Positions 11,581 through 22,264 are shown, numbered from the stretch's first letter. The stretch: 64,000 nucleotides of DNA from an uncultured Deferribacteraceae bacterium (GCA_964370335.1 CAYJIW010000001.1:121-64120), one strand, 5' to 3'. The notes: generated by a model not told the origin, from the sequence alone. Program-made: numbers and translations.

Positions 11581-13436
11581 TGATAAAGTATGATGTAATA
11601 GTTGTTGGTGGTGGCCATGCCGGTTGCGAGGCGGCGCTTGCTGCTGCACGTATGGGTGCTAACACGCTGTTGCTAACAATAGGAATAGATACAATAGCAG
11701 TAATGAGTTGTAACCCAGCTATTGGAGGGCTTGCAAAAGGCAACCTAGTTAAAGACATTGATGCACTAGGTGGCGAGATGGCGAAAAATATTGATGCCAC
11801 ATGTATCCAATTCCAGATACTGAACAAAAGAAAGGGTGTTGCTGCACAAAGTAGCAGGGCGCAAGCTGATAAAATAAAGTATGCAACACGTATGCGTGAA
11901 ATTTTGTTATCAACAAAAAACTTGTCTGTCAAGCAAGCCATAGTTGCAGACATAGTGGTTGATGATGAAAAAGTTATACAAGGTGTGCATACTATTTGTG
12001 GGCAGACGTTTTATGGCGAAAAAGTTATTATATGTTCTGGCACGTTCTTAAATGGTAAAATATATATTGGTGAAACAAGTATTGATGCTGGCAGAATGTA
12101 TGAAGCGCCATCAACAGAACTTGTTATTTCATTACAAAAGTATGGGTTTGAGCCAATAAAGCTAAAAACTGGTACACCAGCAAGGCTAGATGCAGATACG
12201 ATAGATTTTACTAAGTTATCTGTATATGAAACAGAGACTGAAAAAATACCGTTCTCGTTTGAGACAGAGTCGTTACCTAGCGAGCAAATTAAATGTTATC
12301 AAACATTTACAAATGCAGAAACACATAAAATTGTTGCAGAAAATATATACCGTAGTGTATATTATAACTCGGCAGATAAAGGTGTTGGGCCTAGATATTG
12401 TCCATCAATGGAAGATAAGGTTTTTAAGTTTCCAGATAAGGAGCGCCACCAAATAATATTGGAGCGTGAGGGATTACACTCTAAAGAAGTTTATCCTAAT
12501 GGTTTTTCAACATCGCTGCCAGTTGATGCACAACTTAAAGCGTATAGAACTATAGAAGGGTTAGAGAATGTGGAGTTTATCCGCCCAGCATATGCTATAG
12601 AATACGTCGGTTTTCAACCTACAATAATAAAAGCAACGTATGAAACAAAGCTTGTAGCTGGATTATATTTTGCTGGCCAAATTAATGGAACAAGCGGTTA
12701 TGAAGAAGCTGCTGCACAAGGTTTGATGGCAGCAATAAATGCAGTAAATAGCATACGTGGTGAACAACCATTTATATTAAAACGATCTGAAAGTTATATA
12801 GGTGTTATGACTGACGACTTGATAACGAAAGGTATTGACGAGCCATATAGGATGTTTACTTCTAGGGCAGAATATAGACTACACTTACGTGAAGATAATG
12901 CAGAGTATAGGCTGCTTGAATATGGTTATCAGTATGGTTTGATAAGTCGTGAAAGATACGATAGGTTTATAGCAGAAAAGCAGATTGTAGAAAATGAGCT
13001 AGACCGCTTTAAAACAACAACACTTAGGCTAAACAAAGATAGTCGTGAAATATTATCAAAGCATAATATAAACTTGTCGCAAGGTACGACAGTATATGAA
13101 TTTTTAAAACGTCCAGAAAGCAGTATAGATGTTGTCCTTGATTTAGGGCTGACAGAAATAACTGGTAGAGCTGCTAAACAAGTTGAAACTTTAATAAAGT
13201 ATGCAGGCTATATTGCACAACAAAATGAAGATGTTGAACGAAGTATTGAAATGGAAGAAAGAAAAATACCTGATGACTTTATATATGAAGGTGTAGCTGG
13301 ACTTAGGCGAGAAGCTATAGAAAAGCTAAACAGAATTAGGCCACGCACACTAGGGCAAGCGTTACGTATAAGCGGTATGAGCCATGCAACAATATCTGTA
13401 CTTGATATTGCAATAGAAAAATTTAGGAAGAAATAA
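11580..13436 (+). CDS. mnmG: MnmG paralog (copy 2), full length
   Basis: 618 aa. Motifs VVGGGHAGCEA, MSCNPAIGG, GPRYCPSMEDK and RPRTLGQALRISGM. The ATG overlaps the TAA of copy 1 (TAATG). Confidence 0.9.
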   Translation: MIKYDVIVVGGGHAGCEAALAAARMGANTLLLTIGIDTIAVMSCNPAIGGLAKGNLVKDIDALGGEMAKNIDATCIQFQILNKRKGVAAQSSRAQADKIKYATRMREILLSTKNLSVKQAIVADIVVDDEKVIQGVHTICGQTFYGEKVIICSGTFLNGKIYIGETSIDAGRMYEAPSTELVISLQKYGFEPIKLKTGTPARLDADTIDFTKLSVYETETEKIPFSFETESLPSEQIKCYQTFTNAETHKIVAENIYRSVYYNSADKGVGPRYCPSMEDKVFKFPDKERHQIILEREGLHSKEVYPNGFSTSLPVDAQLKAYRTIEGLENVEFIRPAYAIEYVGFQPTIIKATYETKLVAGLYFAGQINGTSGYEEAAAQGLMAAINAVNSIRGEQPFILKRSESYIGVMTDDLITKGIDEPYRMFTSRAEYRLHLREDNAEYRLLEYGYQYGLISRERYDRFIAEKQIVENELDRFKTTTLRLNKDSREILSKHNINLSQGTTVYEFLKRPESSIDVVLDLGLTEITGRAAKQVETLIKYAGYIAQQNEDVERSIEMEERKIPDDFIYEGVAGLRREAIEKLNRIRPRTLGQALRISGMSHATISVLDIAIEKFRKK

Positions 13437-13439
13437 AAA

Positions 13440-14030
13440 ATGTTGTCTAAATATATTGAAACAAATGAAAAGATAGATAAATTACTATTAGAATTTTATG
13501 AACTTCATATAAATTCAACAATCAACCTTACAGCAATAAAGGATAAAGACGAGTTTTATATAAAACATTATCTTGATAGCATATATTACTTTCAAAAACA
13601 TTTAACACCAAGTGGCGAGTTGGCTGATATTGGTAGTGGTGGTGGATTTCCGGGAATTGTGCTAGGGATATTTTATCCAGATTTGAAAATAACATTAATA
13701 GAAAGTATTGCAAAAAAATGTAATTTCCTACAGAATAGTATTGATATATTAGAATTGAGTAATGTCAAAGTCATTAATGATAGGGCAGAAAATGTTAAAG
13801 GCAAAAAGTATGATATTATAACAGCACGTGGTGTTGCACCTGTTGCAGATATGCTAAAGAATACTAGCCAAATGGTTAAAAACAAAACTAAGTGGATATT
13901 ATATAAAGGCGAAAAAACGCCTGTAGAACTAGAGGAAGCTAAAAAAATTATAAATAAAATGGGGGTAGGTGTTGAAACAATCAGAGTTGAAGAACCGTTT
14001 ACACGGACGTACTGTATTATTAGTAAGTAG
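13440..14030 (+). CDS. rsmG: 16S rRNA (guanine527-N7)-methyltransferase RsmG
   Basis: SAM motif DIGSGGGFPGIVL, about 196 aa, and the classical position after mnmG. Confidence 0.9.
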   Translation: MLSKYIETNEKIDKLLLEFYELHINSTINLTAIKDKDEFYIKHYLDSIYYFQKHLTPSGELADIGSGGGFPGIVLGIFYPDLKITLIESIAKKCNFLQNSIDILELSNVKVINDRAENVKGKKYDIITARGVAPVADMLKNTSQMVKNKTKWILYKGEKTPVELEEAKKIINKMGVGVETIRVEEPFTRTYCIISK

Positions 14031-15714
14031 TTTTTTATTTTTATTTTTATTATCAGGTTGTGCATCACTATTTAATAGTGTTGGCAGAGATAGCGTCGTT
14101 TTTATGCCAGAAAATTATGCTGCGAAAGAGTTGACAACAGAAGATATTGTTGCACTTAGAACATATGCAGCCAGCCTAGATGAATATATATCTGCATCAG
14201 CGTCATTAGTGCTTGGTAAGTATTACTTAACGTATGGCGACCCAACTTATGGTATATTCTTAATAAACAAACATTACCAAAACCCAAATATTGGCGAGCA
14301 AATGCAACTGTTTGGTAAACTATGGAAAATGGAAGCAGACCTTGTTGAAGGTAAGCAATCTGATGCTTTAGTTATTGCAGATAATGTTACACAAATGCCT
14401 AAGACCCATATATTTGAACGTACTGTTAGTATATTTTGTAATAAAGAAAGTATATACGCAAGCGCTGTAGTAAAGGGTAGCGAAGTTTGTTACAATGCAC
14501 TTATGGGCATAAGCGAAGAAGAAGTTGTCGTTAATGACATACCAAGCTTTTATGATAATGATACAGGTGATATAAGCAACATGACTTATGAAGAATACCT
14601 TGCAATGCTAAATGCTGAGATAGAGGAAGATAACATAAGTATTGTAGAAATTGACAATTTGTCTGATGTTACTTTAAATGTTATTGCAGATTCATCAACA
14701 GGTGATATAGAAAGCGGTATTATGTTTGCGTTAAGCGCTGGTAATATACCATTCAAAGTAAATTCGCTATCAGTAAACGAAGCTTTGGCTTTAACTGATA
14801 GAGATATAGCAGTAACGGTTGATAATGCAGAAGTAAAAGCTGGCGATATTAATACAGTTTTCGCTATTGATTGGGAGCAACTAATATATGAAGCAAGTTT
14901 ACTACATGGCGTATCAGAATACGATGTTGTTATCGTTAGCGCATCTAGCAGAAAGATGCAACTTGCAAACTATCTTGAGTTACTATACCAAGGGCGCGGA
15001 TTAGAAGTTGTCGTGCTAAATTATGATAGCCCTAGTTTCCAAACAAGCATACAAGATACGTATGAAATGAACCCAGATAAATCTATACTAAATGTTGGTA
15101 TCGGTAGTGAAAAGGAACTACACAAGTTTTTACCGATTGCTAAGTTTGTTGAAAGTGATAAAACTAAAGAAAGTACATTACTTGTAACAGAGTCGACTGG
15201 CTACCTTGATAGATTTCCTGATTTTAAAGATTACTACAAAAATATTTATATATTAACACCAATCAATACGATGTCTAACAATGGCTTTGTTGCATTAAAC
15301 AGTTCATACCAGCAATTTTTTGGGCAATCTATGAATGAAGGCAACATGTTAGGTTACGACTTAGTAATGTATATCAAAAATATGATAGAAGGCTATGATA
15401 TGCAGTTCGTAGATGATTATATTACAAATATACAAGGCTTTTATGAAAACAAGCCGTACAGAGATGTTAAAATGTTCTTTGTAAATGATAAAAGACAGTT
15501 TAATATAGTTACACCACCAAGCGTTAGTATTAATACAAAAGAGCGTGACATAATCACAGAACATCGCCAAACGCAAGGTGGCAATATATTACTGATTGAT
15601 GATACGGTGCAAAGCTTTACAGAAGATGTTGACGTTGTTGATGATAGCGAAACACAAACAGATAACGATACAGATTTTGAAGGCGGTATCGGTACAATAA
15701 TGATTATCGAATAA
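13969..15714 (+). CDS. lipoprotein of uncertain function (possibly LpoA-like), acidic C-terminal tail
   Basis: Signal peptide with lipobox LLSGC. The GTG start overlaps rsmG by 62 nt, and no later in-frame start lies before the lipobox. The C-terminus is rich in D/E/T. The function call is only a guess from architecture. Confidence 0.7.
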   Translation: MLKQSELKNRLHGRTVLLVSSFLFLFLLSGCASLFNSVGRDSVVFMPENYAAKELTTEDIVALRTYAASLDEYISASASLVLGKYYLTYGDPTYGIFLINKHYQNPNIGEQMQLFGKLWKMEADLVEGKQSDALVIADNVTQMPKTHIFERTVSIFCNKESIYASAVVKGSEVCYNALMGISEEEVVVNDIPSFYDNDTGDISNMTYEEYLAMLNAEIEEDNISIVEIDNLSDVTLNVIADSSTGDIESGIMFALSAGNIPFKVNSLSVNEALALTDRDIAVTVDNAEVKAGDINTVFAIDWEQLIYEASLLHGVSEYDVVIVSASSRKMQLANYLELLYQGRGLEVVVLNYDSPSFQTSIQDTYEMNPDKSILNVGIGSEKELHKFLPIAKFVESDKTKESTLLVTESTGYLDRFPDFKDYYKNIYILTPINTMSNNGFVALNSSYQQFFGQSMNEGNMLGYDLVMYIKNMIEGYDMQFVDDYITNIQGFYENKPYRDVKMFFVNDKRQFNIVTPPSVSINTKERDIITEHRQTQGGNILLIDDTVQSFTEDVDVVDDSETQTDNDTDFEGGIGTIMIIE

Positions 15715-15721
15715 GGAATAC

Positions 15722-17095
15722 TTGATGAAGAAGTTTTTATTAGCATCACTCACAATGTTGCTATTAGTATATGGTTGTGTTAGCAAAACAGATATAGTTG
15801 ATAACATGATTAATAATGTAGAAGTGCTTGAAGTTAGTGTTATTAGCGATGATAAGCTGCCACCGCTTGAGCTATCAATTTATGATGACTTAGTCGCACA
15901 GACAGAGTTAGATAATAATAGTGAGTATTACGAGGAGTTTAAGGAATTTAACGTCCCTATGACAATGACGCCTCGTGTTACTGCATATATAAAGTACTTT
16001 ACAGAGCGCGTGCCAGATACAACTCAATACTGGCTAGATAGATCTAATAAGTATATGCACATAGTGCGTGATATATTTATCAAAGAAGGTATCCCTACAG
16101 ATATAGTTGTGCTAGCGTTTACTGAAAGCGGATTTAATACGCATGCAATATCACGTGCTGGTGCTGGCGGTATGTGGCAGTTTATGCCAAGAACTGGCAG
16201 AATGTTTGGCATGAAAGAAACATTTTGGATAGATGAAAGGCGTGATTTTGAAAAAGCAACTTACGCAGCTGCAAAGTATTTAAAAGAGTTATACGGACAG
16301 TTTGGCGACTGGTATCTTGCGCTTGCGGCATATAATGCTGGACCCGGTAAAGTTGCAAGAGCGACTAGGGTAAATAAATCAAAAGACTTTTTCAAAATAT
16401 CAAAAAATAGATACACTCTTAGGCTTGAAACGAGGGATTACGTACCAAAGTTTCTTGCACAGTTAATAATATATAAAAACTATTTGAAGTATGGCTTTAA
16501 TCCACCAGCGCATAATCCATTACTATTTGATTATGTCGTTGTAAACAATCAAGTAAATACTTTTTGGTTAGCAAAAAATATTGGTGTAGACCATAATGAA
16601 GTTCGCGAGCTTAACCCAGAATTAAAGCTACCGATGACACCGCCAGCAGATGAATATACATTGCGTGTACCATATGGTAAAAAAGAAGCCGCTATGGAAT
16701 TGATAAGCAAATCTACTAAAAATGAGATGGCACAGTATATTATTTATCATGCTACAAAAAACGAAAGATTATCTACTATTGCAAAAAGAAACGGATTAAC
16801 TTTGGAAGATTTACAAAATCTGAATGGCCTTAAATATGATAAACTTATGGCAGCTCGTTCTATATTTATACCAATAGCAGAATTGAGTGATAGCGAAATA
16901 CATAAAGAATTTGCTATTGAACTAGCTAGCCTTGCACCAAAATATTATAAAGTTAAGCGTGGCGATACATTTATTGCAATAGCACATAAACATAATATGC
17001 GAGCAAATGATTTGCTAAAACTTAATAGTGGTATAAATACATCAAGGATTTTTCCGGGACAGTTGATAGTTGTATCAGAGGGTGGAAAAAAATAA
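15722..17095 (+). CDS. membrane-bound lytic murein transglycosylase D-like (SLT domain plus LysM repeats)
   Basis: Lipobox-like LLVYGC. SLT motifs AFTESGFN, GGMWQFMP and AYNAGPGKV. LysM-like segments are YIIYHATKNERLSTIAKRNGL and YKVKRGDTFIAIAHKHNM. Confidence 0.85.
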   Translation: MMKKFLLASLTMLLLVYGCVSKTDIVDNMINNVEVLEVSVISDDKLPPLELSIYDDLVAQTELDNNSEYYEEFKEFNVPMTMTPRVTAYIKYFTERVPDTTQYWLDRSNKYMHIVRDIFIKEGIPTDIVVLAFTESGFNTHAISRAGAGGMWQFMPRTGRMFGMKETFWIDERRDFEKATYAAAKYLKELYGQFGDWYLALAAYNAGPGKVARATRVNKSKDFFKISKNRYTLRLETRDYVPKFLAQLIIYKNYLKYGFNPPAHNPLLFDYVVVNNQVNTFWLAKNIGVDHNEVRELNPELKLPMTPPADEYTLRVPYGKKEAAMELISKSTKNEMAQYIIYHATKNERLSTIAKRNGLTLEDLQNLNGLKYDKLMAARSIFIPIAELSDSEIHKEFAIELASLAPKYYKVKRGDTFIAIAHKHNMRANDLLKLNSGINTSRIFPGQLIVVSEGGKK

Positions 17096-17097
17096 CG

Positions 17098-18060
17098 CTA
17101 CTTTTTTAGAATAATTTCTATATTGTGGCGTACTTCTTCAACAGTAATATCACGCATACATTTGAAATGCTTTCGTGGGCAACTATCCGAGCCGTGTACA
17201 TGGCATGGACGACATTTTAATGATGTTAACTCTACTACTTTACAGTTGTTAAATTCGGGGTAAAATCCAAACTCTTTAGATGTAGCACCAAATATAGCAA
17301 CGGTTGGTATATTTAACGCTGTTGCAATATGTAGTGGCCCAGAATCTGTAGTTACTACAATGTCAGAGTCTGCAATATTGCGAATAAGTGTATTTAATGG
17401 TGTGTGACCAGTTTTATTTTCAACACCATTAGGTATTTCAATATTTCCATCACCAATAAACCGTACATGTAGTCCGTTATTAATCAACACTTTCGCTAAT
17501 TCTACAAAGTATTCCCAAATTTTTGTATTTTTGCTAGCAAATGGATGTATAGTTACAATAGTCTTTTTAGAAGTATCACGTGAAGCAATAGGGTTACTTA
17601 AAAAGGGTCGAAGTTGTTCAACTTTTACTTTTTCAAGTTTTAAGACAGTCCTAAACGCATTGTAATACTTTGTAACAACATGATTTCGCAAATCATATTT
17701 GCAAATGCGGTATTTAACGTATAACCTTCTAGCTAGCGAGTTCTTTTTATAAGTGCTATTGCGTGCCGGTAGAACAAGCTTAACAATCCTAGAACGCAAG
17801 TTAGAGTGTAGATCAAAAATATAATCGTAATCAGGCATAGTGTTAAGAGTATCGACAAGCTGGCTAACTTTACAGCCTTTATCAATACAGTAGACACTTC
17901 TAATAAAGTCTAGCCCATCATATATTTGTGCGAAATGCGACATGGTGATAACGTCAATATTTATATCTGGTCGACATTCTTTAACGTGTTTTAATACTCC
18001 AGTCGTCAATACAATATCACCAAGTGAGCTAAACCTTATAACTAATATATTTTTTATCAT
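17098..18060 (-). CDS. glycosyltransferase family 9 (LPS heptosyltransferase-like)
   Basis: N-terminal ILVIRFSSLGDIVLTT, the DSGPLHIA motif and a C-terminal Cys cluster CRPC...CP, as in GT9 enzymes. Confidence 0.85.
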   Translation of the reverse strand: MIKNILVIRFSSLGDIVLTTGVLKHVKECRPDINIDVITMSHFAQIYDGLDFIRSVYCIDKGCKVSQLVDTLNTMPDYDYIFDLHSNLRSRIVKLVLPARNSTYKKNSLARRLYVKYRICKYDLRNHVVTKYYNAFRTVLKLEKVKVEQLRPFLSNPIASRDTSKKTIVTIHPFASKNTKIWEYFVELAKVLINNGLHVRFIGDGNIEIPNGVENKTGHTPLNTLIRNIADSDIVVTTDSGPLHIATALNIPTVAIFGATSKEFGFYPEFNNCKVVELTSLKCRPCHVHGSDSCPRKHFKCMRDITVEEVRHNIEIILKK

Positions 18061-19112
18061 TTATCACCTAAAATAGTAACAACAGCATCAACAACTTTAC
18101 TAGGCTTTACATCGAGCATACATTTAAAATGCTTTTGTGGGCAAGTTTTGCCACCATGTTTACCACAAGGGCGACAATCTAGTGATGTATTTTCAACAAC
18201 AACGCTTTTATCGTCATATGGGGCAAACCCAAGATAAGTAGTTGTAGCACCAAAGATTGAAACGCATGGAACATTACAAGCAACAGCAATATGCATTGTG
18301 CCAGAGTCATTACATATTAAAGCACTGCTATTAGCTAAAAATGCGGGTAAATCAGACAGTGAAGTCTTTTCTGCATAATCATAATAATCACCAGTAAATA
18401 ATGATTTAAACTCGTCTAGTGATTGCCTATCTTCCTTACTGCCAAAAAGTGCAATATCATAACCCATATCAACCAACTTATTAGCAACTTCAACGTAATA
18501 CTCTGCTGGATAACGCTTAGTAGCCCATACACTGCCGGGTGCAATAGCTATCACTTTCTTTTGCTTTGTAACTGTTGAATAATAATATTTTGTATTATTG
18601 TATAGCTCATCATCTATATAACATGAAAGCGAGCCAGCAAGTTTTATTACATCATCAATATCAAAAGTATCAACTAATGGCTTAATAAGCATCAAGTTGC
18701 GTAAAACTTCATGAAGCTCCATATCTCTACTAACAGTATGTTTGAATAGTGATGACAAAACAGCTTGTTTAAATCCAACAATATCAGCACCCAAACGCAG
18801 TAAAAGCACACTAGAACGGATTGATTTATGTACATTGATAACTAAATCAAAGTTGTAGTTTTTCAACTTATTAGAAAAATTAAGTAGTCCGCTTATTCCT
18901 TTATCTGCACCACGTTTATCATAAGTAATTACATTATCAATAAAAGGTAATCCGTTAAATAGTTCTGCTTGCCTATCCCTAACGCAAAACGATATACGTG
19001 CATTAGGGTATAATTTTTTTACAGCTTTAATTAGTGGCGTTGTAAGAACTGTATCACCAAGAAAAGATGGATTAAATATTAAAATATTTTTATAGTCATT
19101 AATAGCTTTCAT
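18057..19112 (-). CDS. glycosyltransferase family 9 (LPS heptosyltransferase-like)
   Basis: ILIFNPSFLGDTVLTTP, NDSGTMHIA and CRPCGKHGGKTCP. It overlaps the downstream GT9 gene by 4 nt. Confidence 0.85.
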   Translation of the reverse strand: MKAINDYKNILIFNPSFLGDTVLTTPLIKAVKKLYPNARISFCVRDRQAELFNGLPFIDNVITYDKRGADKGISGLLNFSNKLKNYNFDLVINVHKSIRSSVLLLRLGADIVGFKQAVLSSLFKHTVSRDMELHEVLRNLMLIKPLVDTFDIDDVIKLAGSLSCYIDDELYNNTKYYYSTVTKQKKVIAIAPGSVWATKRYPAEYYVEVANKLVDMGYDIALFGSKEDRQSLDEFKSLFTGDYYDYAEKTSLSDLPAFLANSSALICNDSGTMHIAVACNVPCVSIFGATTTYLGFAPYDDKSVVVENTSLDCRPCGKHGGKTCPQKHFKCMLDVKPSKVVDAVVTILGDK

Positions 19113-19123
19113 ATCTAATAGTG

Positions 19124-19789
19124 TTACACATTTTTTATAGATAATTCAAGTTTTAACATAATATCGTTCATAAAATCAGACATAGGAGCAGTAAAATCAA
19201 CAAAGTCTTTAGTAACTGGGTGAGTAAACGCAAGCCTATGTGAAAATAGTGTTAAACGCTTATCATCAATTTTAGTGTTGTAGAGCCAATCTTGATATAG
19301 TGGCGCTTTTAAAGCACGCAAATGTACACGTATTTGATGCGTTCTGCCTGTGTAAATAGCACACTTTAATAGTGAATGGTTATTTTTAGTATCAGCAGTA
19401 ATGAATGATGTAATGGCTTGCTTACCTGATTTAAAGTTTATTTTAAATTTACCATGACTACCTTTTGCAATAGGCAACATAAGTGTTTGATTAATAACTG
19501 TACCATTAGTGATAGCAATATATTCCTTATAAACTTCACGTGTATCAAATTGTATAGATAGCTGTTTATGGCTGTAGGCAGTTTTAGCAAATACAATCAG
19601 CCCACCTGTTCCAGCATCTAACCTATGTACTGTAAAAATTTTACCATATTTATCCTTTAGCAGATTATGAAGTACGTTAGTTTCTGCACATGCTCTATCT
19701 TGTATTACGTGTAGTCCGTGTGCTTTCGATACAACAACAATATCGTTATCTTCAAAAATGGTTTCATAATGGTTTGTAAAGTTTATCAT
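19124..19789 (-). CDS. RluA-family pseudouridine synthase (no S4 domain)
   Basis: Catalytic motif HRLDAGTGGLIVFAK and HQIRVHL. Confidence 0.85.
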   Translation of the reverse strand: MINFTNHYETIFEDNDIVVVSKAHGLHVIQDRACAETNVLHNLLKDKYGKIFTVHRLDAGTGGLIVFAKTAYSHKQLSIQFDTREVYKEYIAITNGTVINQTLMLPIAKGSHGKFKINFKSGKQAITSFITADTKNNHSLLKCAIYTGRTHQIRVHLRALKAPLYQDWLYNTKIDDKRLTLFSHRLAFTHPVTKDFVDFTAPMSDFMNDIMLKLELSIKNV

Positions 19790-19831
19790 ATTGTGGTATA
19801 TAGTTAATAATAAACGGAGTCAACAATTATT

Positions 19832-21508
19832 ATGACAATACATGGAATTACAGACGGATTGCCGGCGGTAGTAGTCAAAAAGTTAGAGTTATTATCAAAA
19901 AGAAAATCGCAAGGCGATTACGTTATATCAATAGATGTAGCTAGATTAATGACTGATATATCTAACGAAACAGGGCGTATGGTTGCCACTTTGCTTAGTA
20001 GGCGTGGCGAAGTAGAATATTTGATAATAGGTACGCCAGACCAAGTTGTGATACCTGTATTATCACGCTTTAAACTGATACCCGGCAGATTGCGTGGGCT
20101 TAGGCTTGTACGTACAGACCCGCTTGGCAAATCTATAAACGATGATGACTTAACAGATTTAAGCCTACTTAGGTTAGATAGCGTTTCTGCAATCGGATAT
20201 GATAATAAAGGCGAAGTTGCAAGTATCAAAACTGCACACTTAATGCCAGAAGATAGCGTTGAGAGTTTTGGCTACCTAGACGATAGAGATATTTTTAACC
20301 AGCGTACAAACTATGTGCATTTTATAGAAGCACTAGATGATGAAATTGTAGCAAAAGCTGTTAGCTCGCTAGATATTAACCAAAAAAATAAAGCGGTGCT
20401 TACAGGTTGTTACAAGTCGAAAGACAACGCACAAATAAGCATGGATGAGCTAACTGAACTTGCAAGAAGTGCTGAAATATCCGTTGTATCAACTATTACG
20501 CAAGTTAGGCAAATTGACCCAAAGTATGTTGTTGGCTCAGGCAAGTTGAAAGATATAATCATTAAAGCGTTAAGTACAGGCTCAGAATATATTGTATTTG
20601 ATAACGAGTTATCACCATCACAATCAAGGGCAATATCAGAATTTACAGAATTGAAAATACTTGATAGAACACAGCTTATACTTGATATATTTGCACGCCG
20701 AGCAAAATCGAACGAAGGTAAGTTGCGTGTTGAAATAGCACAGCTAAAATATATGTTGCCACGCTTATCTGCAAAAGATGATGCATTATCACGCTTATCA
20801 GGTGGCATTGGTGGTAGAGGGCCGGGTGAAACAAGGCTAGAAGTTGATAAACGTAGAATAAGTGATAGAATTGCGTTCTTAACTGGTAAACTGAAAAAAA
20901 TAGAAAATGCGAGAAATACGCAACGTCTAAAACGTAAAAAGAATGAAATTCCGATAGTTTCGATCATCGGCTATACAAACGCAGGTAAATCAACGCTTAT
21001 AAATAGCATGACAAAATCTGACGTATATGCAGATAACTTACTTTTTGCTACATTAGAAACATCTGCAAAGCGTATAAGATTTCCTCGTGAACGTGATGTC
21101 ATTGTTACAGATACAGTTGGCTTTATACGTGATTTACCTAAGCAACTGGCAGGTGCATTCAAGTCTACACTAGAGGAACTAAACGAAGCAGATTTATTTT
21201 TGCATGTTATAGATATATCAGATAAAAACTTTGAACGTCATATAAAATCAGTAGATAGCGTCATCGAAGATATGAAACTACAAGATAAAGAACGAATTTT
21301 AGTATTCAATAAGTGTGATAAAATTTCTGATGAGGAATTAGAAGAATTTAAAAAACAGTATGAAAAGGCAGTCTTTTTGTCAGCGTTGGATAGAAAAACA
21401 TTTACTACAATGCTTGAAAAAATATATTACTTCTTTTATAAAGAGGGTATAGACTTTAGTGATGATATGCAATATATAGCTGGCTATAATGGGGGCGATT
21501 ATAAATGA
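19832..21508 (+). CDS. hflX: GTPase HflX with long N-terminal extension
   Basis: G motifs GYTNAGKSTLIN, DTVGF and NKCD, plus the HflX N-domain glycine-rich GGIGGRGPGETRLE. At 558 aa it is long for HflX, which is typically about 430 aa. Confidence 0.92.
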   Translation: MTIHGITDGLPAVVVKKLELLSKRKSQGDYVISIDVARLMTDISNETGRMVATLLSRRGEVEYLIIGTPDQVVIPVLSRFKLIPGRLRGLRLVRTDPLGKSINDDDLTDLSLLRLDSVSAIGYDNKGEVASIKTAHLMPEDSVESFGYLDDRDIFNQRTNYVHFIEALDDEIVAKAVSSLDINQKNKAVLTGCYKSKDNAQISMDELTELARSAEISVVSTITQVRQIDPKYVVGSGKLKDIIIKALSTGSEYIVFDNELSPSQSRAISEFTELKILDRTQLILDIFARRAKSNEGKLRVEIAQLKYMLPRLSAKDDALSRLSGGIGGRGPGETRLEVDKRRISDRIAFLTGKLKKIENARNTQRLKRKKNEIPIVSIIGYTNAGKSTLINSMTKSDVYADNLLFATLETSAKRIRFPRERDVIVTDTVGFIRDLPKQLAGAFKSTLEELNEADLFLHVIDISDKNFERHIKSVDSVIEDMKLQDKERILVFNKCDKISDEELEEFKKQYEKAVFLSALDRKTFTTMLEKIYYFFYKEGIDFSDDMQYIAGYNGGDYK

Positions 21509-21843
21509 CACCAAAAGATTTATTATATAAAAGAGTAGAACATTTTAGAAACGGCGAAGCAGATGAAATATATGACCTCTATACAGAAGATAGTGAGTTT
21601 CGTAAACACTTTGAACTGCTAGAAGAATATCGAGAGCATTTTAAAAAACTTGTTGAACAAGTTGGAGTGCCAGAAATAAATATATATAGCGAGCAAGTTT
21701 GCGAAAATGTTGCTGATGTACTATACTTGAGTAAGTTTGATGTAGATGGCGAAAAACAAGAATATTATTGCAAATCAGTCTTTCACCAAGTCGATGGCAA
21801 ATGGCTAATAGCTAAAGAAATACATGAAAAGAAAAAAGGATAG
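21505..21843 (+). CDS. small hypothetical protein, possibly NTF2/SnoaL-like fold
   Basis: 112 aa. The ATG overlaps the hflX TGA (ATGA). The C-terminal pattern ...FHQVDGKWLIAKE resembles NTF2-like proteins; this is a weak assignment. Confidence 0.55.
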   Translation: MTPKDLLYKRVEHFRNGEADEIYDLYTEDSEFRKHFELLEEYREHFKKLVEQVGVPEINIYSEQVCENVADVLYLSKFDVDGEKQEYYCKSVFHQVDGKWLIAKEIHEKKKG

Positions 21844-21847
21844 TGAT

Positions 21848-22264
21848 ATGTTGAGTTATGAAAAGTTTGAAAAATCATTGCATGCATTAGTGTTGCAATA
21901 TAATAACTATGAAAATATTGATAATAGCTTACCAGATATAACAAAAGAAGCTATTGCAGAATCAGTTATCCAGCGTTTTGAAACTTGTTATGATAGTATG
22001 TATAAAATATTAAAAAAGTATATGCAGGAAAATCTTGGCGTCACAGACATACCTAACAGCCCTAAGCCAATATTTCGTATAGCAAATGATAATAATCTAC
22101 TAGGTGGTGATATTAAGCAATGGTTGAGTTATGCTGATTTACGCATAGGGACATCACATGATTATTCAGTAGAAAAGATGCAAAATGCGTTATTAAGCAT
22201 GAATAAATTTATAGAGGATATGAAAAAATTATATAAAAGCCTAACAGGTAGTGACTTTGAGTAA
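21848..22264 (+). CDS. HEPN-domain nucleotidyltransferase substrate-binding protein (HI0074-like; type VII toxin HepT-like)
   Basis: IQRFETCYDSMYKILKKYM, and an R-x4-H motif in DLRIGTSHDY. I prefer the start at the internal ATG 21848 (AAGGA SD), 4 nt after the upstream stop. The ORF track starts at 21824. Confidence 0.78.
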   Translation: MLSYEKFEKSLHALVLQYNNYENIDNSLPDITKEAIAESVIQRFETCYDSMYKILKKYMQENLGVTDIPNSPKPIFRIANDNNLLGGDIKQWLSYADLRIGTSHDYSVEKMQNALLSMNKFIEDMKKLYKSLTGSDFE

